Assembly: GCA_021734995.1 (NCBI GenBank)
Contig: JAIPHX010000002.1
Coordinates: 16,189-80,188 of the forward strand
From: Minisyncoccota bacterium
GTDB taxonomy: Bacteria; Patescibacteriota; Minisyncoccia; Phycocordibacterales; UBA9973
DNA length: 64,000 nt
Reading direction: 5' to 3'
Below the pieces are notes generated by a model. That model was not told the origin of the DNA, did no database searches, and saw only the letters and a list, made by a program, of their open reading frames with translations. The position numbers were made by a program, and so were the translations under genes. Positions 58,643 through 64,000 of the stretch are shown here, piece after piece (position 1 is the first letter of the stretch; every line of letters begins with the position of its first letter).

Positions 58643-60823
58643 ATGGCAAAGAAAAAAAATAAAAATAATTCTCAAAAAAATTCATCTTATACTCCCAGAA
58701 ATCCAGTCTTAAAAAGTGAGACCAAATACGGTATCTTGGCAGTCATTTCGTTTATGCTTTCTATCTTCTTCTTGATGTCTCTTTTTGATTTCGCGGGAAA
58801 AGCAGGAGAGCTTACTTATGAGTTCTTTCATTATTTAGTTGGAGTAGGATACATTCTACTGCCAATACTTTTAGGAATGCTTGGCTCTTCCCTACTAAGA
58901 GGAGAACAAACAAAATTTGGATGGATGCAAATGGTAGCATCTGCTCTCTTTCTTTTATCTGGACTTGGGATGATAGATGTCGCTTCAGGTACTCATGCAG
59001 GAGGAGCTATTGGTAAAGTTCTTGGTGTTCCTTTTGTAACAGTCTTTGATGTCTACGCAAGTATCATTTTCTTGGGAGCAATTCTTCTCATCTCAATATT
59101 TACTATGTTTGATACCAAGCCTGACCTTGTCCCAATATTCAAAAAAATCTGGGCATTGATCAGTCGCAAAAAAGAAATCCTAGATGAAAAGATCGAGCAA
59201 GTTTACAAAGATGAAGAAGTAGAGAGCAAAGAAGAAGAACCTGAGGTGGAAGAAAAAGAAGCTATCAAAAAAACAACCAAGAAAGAGGAATCTAAAGAAA
59301 GCAAAAATGAAGAGGAAGAATTTAATATTCTCAAAAGTTTGCGTTCCAAAACTTCATCAGGATACACCCCTCCCCCAATCTCTCTACTAGAAGAAGACAA
59401 AGGAAAACCAAACACAGGAGATGTAAAAGCAAACTCTATCATCATCAAACGCACTCTTCAAAACTTCGGCATTGAAGTAGAAATGGATGAAATCACTATC
59501 GGACCGACAGTTACAAGATATGCTTTAAAACCAGCAGAAGGAGTGAAGTTGTCTAAAATAATAGGTCTTCAAAATGATCTAGCCTTGGCTCTAGCTGCTC
59601 ACCCTATTCGTATAGAAGCCCCTATTCCTGGAAAGTCGTTGGTAGGAATAGAAATACCAAACAAAGCGAAGTCTATTGTAGGGCTTGCTACTATGCTTCA
59701 AGATGAGAAGTTTTACAATTCAGGCAAAGCTCTGACTGTCGCTCTTGGTAGATCTATTTCTGGTAAAGCAATGTTTGGTAATCTTGCAAAAATGCCTCAT
59801 TGTCTAGTAGCAGGAACCACTGGTAGCGGTAAGTCTGTGGCTATTCATGCTATTGTCGCTTCCCTACTATATAGAAATGGCCCAGATGACTTGAAGCTTA
59901 TATTGATAGACCCAAAGCGTGTAGAGCTTACTTTGTATAAAAACATTCCACACCTACTTACTCCTGTCATTACTGATGCTAAGAAAGCTATTCTTGCTTT
60001 GAAATGGGCAGCCAAAGAAATGGATAGACGATATGATATATTGGAGCAAGAGACAGTGCGAGATATCGGCTCTTATCATCAAAATATAATCAATAAAAAG
60101 ACAAAGAAGGATAAAGAAGGAGAAGAACCAGACAGAATGCCTTACATTGTCATTATTATAGATGAGCTCGCTGATATTATGAGTTCATATCCTAGAGAAT
60201 TAGAGTCTGCGATTGTGCGTCTAGCCCAAATGTCTCGTGCTGTCGGTATTCACCTTATCCTATCTACCCAAAGGCCAGAAGTAAATGTTATTACAGGTCT
60301 TATTAAAGCCAACATCCCTGCTAGAATTGCATTGAAGGTATCTTCTCAAATAGACTCTCGTACTATATTAGACGCAGGTGGAGCAGAAAAACTCCTTGGT
60401 GCAGGAGATATGCTATATTCTTCCGGTGAGGCCTCCCCTGAAAGACTACAGAGTGCCTTTATTTCTGAGACTGAAGTCAAAAAAGTTGTAGAATATCTTA
60501 CTGATGCATATAAAGATGAGCTTGCTTCTGAGATATTACTTTCTGAAGGATCCATCTCTCATGATAAAAGTATCTTTGATAGTAGTCTGGTAGATGAAGA
60601 CGAAGATGAGATGTACGAAGAAGCGCGTGCTTGTGTAGTAGAGGCAGGCAAAGCATCTACTTCATTCTTGCAAAGAAAGTTAAAGCTTGGCTATGCTAGA
60701 GCTGCTAGACTAATGGATATGCTAGAAGAGCGAGGAGTAGTCAGCGCAGGAGATGGAGCAAAACCAAGAGAAGTATTAGAAAAAATTGAAAGAGATTCTG
60801 AGGGGAATAATACTGTAATGTAA
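58643..60823 (+). CDS. ftsK: DNA translocase FtsK
   Basis: N-terminal TM helices, an acidic linker, a motor domain (GTTGSGKSV Walker A) and a C-terminal gamma winged helix (TSFLQRKLKLGYARAARLMDMLEERGVV). Confidence 0.9.
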   Translation: MAKKKNKNNSQKNSSYTPRNPVLKSETKYGILAVISFMLSIFFLMSLFDFAGKAGELTYEFFHYLVGVGYILLPILLGMLGSSLLRGEQTKFGWMQMVASALFLLSGLGMIDVASGTHAGGAIGKVLGVPFVTVFDVYASIIFLGAILLISIFTMFDTKPDLVPIFKKIWALISRKKEILDEKIEQVYKDEEVESKEEEPEVEEKEAIKKTTKKEESKESKNEEEEFNILKSLRSKTSSGYTPPPISLLEEDKGKPNTGDVKANSIIIKRTLQNFGIEVEMDEITIGPTVTRYALKPAEGVKLSKIIGLQNDLALALAAHPIRIEAPIPGKSLVGIEIPNKAKSIVGLATMLQDEKFYNSGKALTVALGRSISGKAMFGNLAKMPHCLVAGTTGSGKSVAIHAIVASLLYRNGPDDLKLILIDPKRVELTLYKNIPHLLTPVITDAKKAILALKWAAKEMDRRYDILEQETVRDIGSYHQNIINKKTKKDKEGEEPDRMPYIVIIIDELADIMSSYPRELESAIVRLAQMSRAVGIHLILSTQRPEVNVITGLIKANIPARIALKVSSQIDSRTILDAGGAEKLLGAGDMLYSSGEASPERLQSAFISETEVKKVVEYLTDAYKDELASEILLSEGSISHDKSIFDSSLVDEDEDEMYEEARACVVEAGKASTSFLQRKLKLGYARAARLMDMLEERGVVSAGDGAKPREVLEKIERDSEGNNTVM

Positions 60824-60881
60824 ATTGGTCTTATGCAGGTAGGCAATCTTAGGAGGGTAAATAAAACAAATTGAAACAATT

Positions 60882-61226
60882 ATGGATACTGACGCAAAAA
60901 AAATACTGAAGTTTTCTTTTCTAGGTGTTTTTTTTATATTTATCATAGTATTCTCTTTCTTTAAAACAAAAGACCTTATCTTTGGTGTAAAAATATCTGG
61001 TGTAAATATCGTAGATGGATCCACAATAAAAGATAGTGTACTGAAGCTTACGGGAAACGCAAAAAATGCCTCCAAGTTGGTCTTAAATGGTAGAGAAATA
61101 TATATAGAAAAGGACGGAAACTTCAACGAGACAATTGCCCTGCTTTCGGGGTATAATAGAGTACACATCCAAGCGGAAGATAAATTCGGCAATAGAGATG
61201 AAAAAAATTATCAATTAATATATTAA
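60882..61226 (+). CDS. Small membrane-anchored hypothetical protein
   Basis: One TM helix, then a ~80-aa extracytoplasmic domain. Confidence 0.3.
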   Translation: MDTDAKKILKFSFLGVFFIFIIVFSFFKTKDLIFGVKISGVNIVDGSTIKDSVLKLTGNAKNASKLVLNGREIYIEKDGNFNETIALLSGYNRVHIQAEDKFGNRDEKNYQLIY

Positions 61227-61231
61227 ATTAT

Positions 61232-63409
61232 ATGGCAAAAAAAACCAAAAACGAGCCTAAGGACGAAGCAAAAGAGGCCGAAAAAAATACCGCAAAAAAA
61301 GAATCTGCGGGTGCTTCAATATTAAACGACACACTGAAAGCTCTTCAAGCAAAATTTGGAGAAGGCTCTATTATGAAGCTAGGTGATACTCCAAAAGTAA
61401 ACATCAACGCAATTCCTACGGGTTCTATGGGCTTAGATATGGCTCTTGGAGTAGGAGGAATCCCAAGAGGAAGAATTATAGAGATATTTGGACCAGAGTC
61501 ATCTGGAAAGACTACTCTTTCTCTACATATAGTAGCTGAAGCTCAAAAATTAGGAGGAGTGTGTGCATATATAGATGCAGAACACGCAATGGACCCAGAC
61601 TATACAAAAAAACTAGGAGTAAACATAAGTGAACTTCTAATTTCCCAGCCAGACACAGGAGAGCAAGCTTTGGAAATAGTAGAAAGCTTGGTGCGAACAG
61701 GAAAAATAGATGTGATAGTCATAGACTCCGTCGCTGCTCTTACTCCAAAAGATGAGATAGAGGGCGATATGGGTGCATATCACGTAGGAAAGCAAGCAAG
61801 ACTAATGTCTCAAGCTCTTCGTAAACTTACTGCTATTGTGGCTAGATCTAAAACCGTAGTTATATTCATCAATCAAATCAGAATGCAGATAGGCGTTATG
61901 TTCGGTTGCTTTTCTTATGACACAAAAATTATGCTAGCGAATGGCAAGAAAGAAAAAATTGGTACTATTGTAAACCAAACAAAAAAAGTAAAAGTTTTAT
62001 CTTATAATTTTGAAAAAAAATGTGTTGAAGAAAAAATGATTACAGATTGGCATATAAATGGTGAAACAGATAGTTTTTTACAATTTTTTATCCAAAATCA
62101 TACAGGAAATGGAAGGAGGGGGTTTTCTTGTACTCCAGATCATAAAATATATACACCTTATGGATGGAAAAAAGCTAAAGAACTAAAAGAGGGAGATGAA
62201 GTTTCTGTAAATATTACCGATACTTCTTTGACTGCTCAACAAGAGGAAATAATTATTGGCTCTTTGCTTGGTGATGGTAATATAAAAATGAATAATGAAC
62301 AAACTGCATATTTCAGAGAAGAACATGGGCCAAAACAAAAAGAATATGTCTCATGGTTGAGCAAAGAACTAGGTGATATCACAAGCAATGTTAATTTAAA
62401 CACAAGTAGAGACAACGCTATTGTAGAGACTAAGCATCTATTGAGAATAGGAGATTTATATGGATTGTTTTATCCTCAAAATAAAAAAATTGTCCCAGAA
62501 TTTTTAGTAGAACAAATAACACCAAGAATGATAGCTCTGTGGTATTGCGGTGATGGTACTCTACAAGGTGGCTATTCCAACTGGAAAGAAAAAAATTACA
62601 AAAGGACACCAAGAGCAACCCTTTATGCGAATGCATTTGGTGATGACCCTTTGAATGTTGACAGAATAGACAGAATGTTTAAAAAATTTAATATTAAAAC
62701 ATCCTGGAGAAAATGTGGGGTCTACAAAGTGCTTAATTTTAATGTTAAAGAATCTGAAAAATTCTTTGAGTTAATCTCCCCTTTTATTCCTAAAGTAATG
62801 GAATACAAACTTCCAGAAAAATATAAAGGAAGATATCATCAAACAAACGCAAACCAATCAGTTCAAAGCCAAATACTGAGAGGAATGAGAATAAAAAGTA
62901 TTCAGACAAGAATTCCATATCAAAATGGAGAAAGAATTAGCAAACAAAGATTTGATATTAGTGTAGCTGACAACCATAATTACTTTGTAGATGGCTGTTT
63001 GGTAAGCAACTCACCAGAAACTACCCCTGGAGGTAAAGCTCTTAAGTTTTACACTTCCGTCAGATTAGATATTCGCAGAACAGCTCAAATTAAAAAAGGA
63101 GAAGAGGTGGTAGGCTCTCGTACCAAAGTAAAAGTAGTCAAAAACAAAGTCGCCTCCCCTTTCAAACAAACTGAGTTTGATATTATTTACGGAGAAGGTA
63201 TTTCAAGAGAGGGTGAGCTAATCGCTCTTGGTGAAAAATATAAAATTCTAGATAAAAGCGGTTCTTCATATTCATACAAACCAGAAGTAGGAGAAGATAT
63301 GAAGCTTGGCAGAGGTTATGACGCTACTCGTACTTTTCTAAAAGAAAATCCTAAGGTTGCCGACCAAATCATGAAAGAAATCCGCAAAAAGTTTGCAGAA
63401 GAAGCCTAA
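61232..63409 (+). CDS. recA: Recombinase RecA, interrupted by an intein (precursor)
   Basis: GPESSGKTT Walker A and [15 protein letters not shown]|...|[23 protein letters not shown]. The mature protein is 357 aa. Confidence 0.9.
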   Translation: MAKKTKNEPKDEAKEAEKNTAKKESAGASILNDTLKALQAKFGEGSIMKLGDTPKVNINAIPTGSMGLDMALGVGGIPRGRIIEIFGPESSGKTTLSLHIVAEAQKLGGVCAYIDAEHAMDPDYTKKLGVNISELLISQPDTGEQALEIVESLVRTGKIDVIVIDSVAALTPKDEIEGDMGAYHVGKQARLMSQALRKLTAIVARSKTVVIFINQIRMQIGVMFGCFSYDTKIMLANGKKEKIGTIVNQTKKVKVLSYNFEKKCVEEKMITDWHINGETDSFLQFFIQNHTGNGRRGFSCTPDHKIYTPYGWKKAKELKEGDEVSVNITDTSLTAQQEEIIIGSLLGDGNIKMNNEQTAYFREEHGPKQKEYVSWLSKELGDITSNVNLNTSRDNAIVETKHLLRIGDLYGLFYPQNKKIVPEFLVEQITPRMIALWYCGDGTLQGGYSNWKEKNYKRTPRATLYANAFGDDPLNVDRIDRMFKKFNIKTSWRKCGVYKVLNFNVKESEKFFELISPFIPKVMEYKLPEKYKGRYHQTNANQSVQSQILRGMRIKSIQTRIPYQNGERISKQRFDISVADNHNYFVDGCLVSNSPETTPGGKALKFYTSVRLDIRRTAQIKKGEEVVGSRTKVKVVKNKVASPFKQTEFDIIYGEGISREGELIALGEKYKILDKSGSSYSYKPEVGEDMKLGRGYDATRTFLKENPKVADQIMKEIRKKFAEEA
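61907..63010 (+). mobile_element. RecA intein (368 aa, LAGLIDADG type) at the RecA-b (MFG/SPE) site
   Basis: Begins with Cys after VMFG and ends ...LVSN, followed by Ser. Dodecapeptide motifs [10 protein letters not shown] and [10 protein letters not shown] are present. Confidence 0.8.
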
Positions 63410-63494
63410 GAAAATATCAGGGTTCTTCCCCTGTCTAGACAACAAAATATAAAAAGATTTGCAGAAGATGCCTAATTCTGTTAATATCGTTTAT

Positions 63495-64000
63495 ATGTTG
63501 CAATATAATGAAGTGCGAGAAAAAAAGATAATTATTTACGATGATGAACCCTGCGAAGTAGTAGATTCTCATGTAGCTCGTACTCAGCAAAGGAAACCTC
63601 AAAACCAAGTAAAACTAAAAAGTTTGATCTCTGGCAAAACAATCTCCGCTACTTTCCATGTATCTGACACCGCAGATGAAGCTGATATTGAAAAAAAAGA
63701 AGTTAAATTCCTTTATGAAAACAAAGGAGAGTATTGGTTTTGTGATATTGATGACCCAAAAAATCGCTTCCAGCTCAGCAGTGCTATTATTGCTGACTCT
63801 GGAAAATTTCTAAAATCAAACGAAAATGTTTCTGTAATGGTATGGGATAACGATGGTGAAGAGCAGATCATCAAGCTTGCTCTTCCTATCAAAATGGAAT
63901 TTAAAGTAAAAGAGGCCCCACCTGCTGTGCGTGGAGATACTTCTAAAAGTGGAAACAAGGTAATTACTCTAGAAAATGGAACTACTCTAAATGCTCCTAT
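63495..64000 (+). CDS. efp: Elongation factor P (5' partial, runs off the window)
   Basis: MLQYNEVREKKIIIYDDEPCEVVDSHVARTQQRKPQNQVKLKSLISGKTI...LPIKMEFKVKEAPPAVRGDTSKSGNKVITLENGTTLNAP parallels the EF-P domain I-III motifs. Confidence 0.8.
   Translation, partial: MLQYNEVREKKIIIYDDEPCEVVDSHVARTQQRKPQNQVKLKSLISGKTISATFHVSDTADEADIEKKEVKFLYENKGEYWFCDIDDPKNRFQLSSAIIADSGKFLKSNENVSVMVWDNDGEEQIIKLALPIKMEFKVKEAPPAVRGDTSKSGNKVITLENGTTLNAP

Overview
This is an AT-rich (~33% GC) bacterial chromosomal segment with compact, often overlapping genes. Standard genetic code is in use, with TAA, TGA and TAG all acting as stops. The style suggests a small-genome, possibly CPR/Patescibacteria-like organism, but that is inference only.

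Layout:
- 0-9.8 kb: housekeeping genes plus a csoR-copA copper-resistance operon. Its promoter carries a perfect 20-bp CsoR-type operator palindrome. An HMA-permease and a cupredoxin follow copA.
- 9.9-18 kb: tRNA-Ser(GCU), a membrane metallophosphoesterase, recG, a tRNA with anticodon UAU (tRNA-Ile2-like), an ftsH gene interrupted by a 426-aa LAGLIDADG intein inside the Walker-A P-loop, and smpB.
- 18-26 kb: ssrA (tmRNA) lies immediately after smpB. A ~7.6-kb island is integrated into its 3' end. The island is bounded by 18-bp direct repeats of the tmRNA 3' terminus, and a third degenerate copy lies inside. It encodes a large serine recombinase whose C-terminus reads into the tmRNA 3' end. 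It also encodes a MerR-like regulator, an iteron-like repeat tract, a bPH-domain membrane protein and a GC-rich structured RNA-like leader. The last component is a four-gene Lamassu/ABC-3C-like anti-phage operon (effector, small middle component, SMC-like ABC ATPase, small PD-(D/E)xK-like protein).
- 26-36 kb: an ECF sigma/anti-sigma pair, a NYN-domain gene broken by one in-frame TAG, infC-rpmI-rplT, a YvcK-like protein, a beta-CASP RNase and an ndk gene.
- 36.9-39.7 kb: an orphan 922-aa soluble VirB4/VirD4-like ATPase.
- 39.7-56.7 kb: a cell-surface glycan locus. It contains three cytidylyltransferase paralogs, a WbaP-like priming transferase, Wzm/Wzt ABC exporter genes and an FkbM methyltransferase. 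It also has two GT2 and one GT11 fucosyltransferase, gmd-fcl, a eukaryotic-type phosphomannomutase, galE and a Wzy/WaaL-like ligase. An S/T-rich surface protein with a peptidoglycan-binding domain closes the locus.
- 57-64 kb: hicB-hicA, ftsK, recA interrupted by a 368-aa LAGLIDADG intein at the RecA-b site, and the start of efp.

Two small GC-rich elements stand out. One sits by tRNA-Ser and one at the distal island boundary. They share a ~20-nt core and both carry fragments resembling the tmRNA 3' region.
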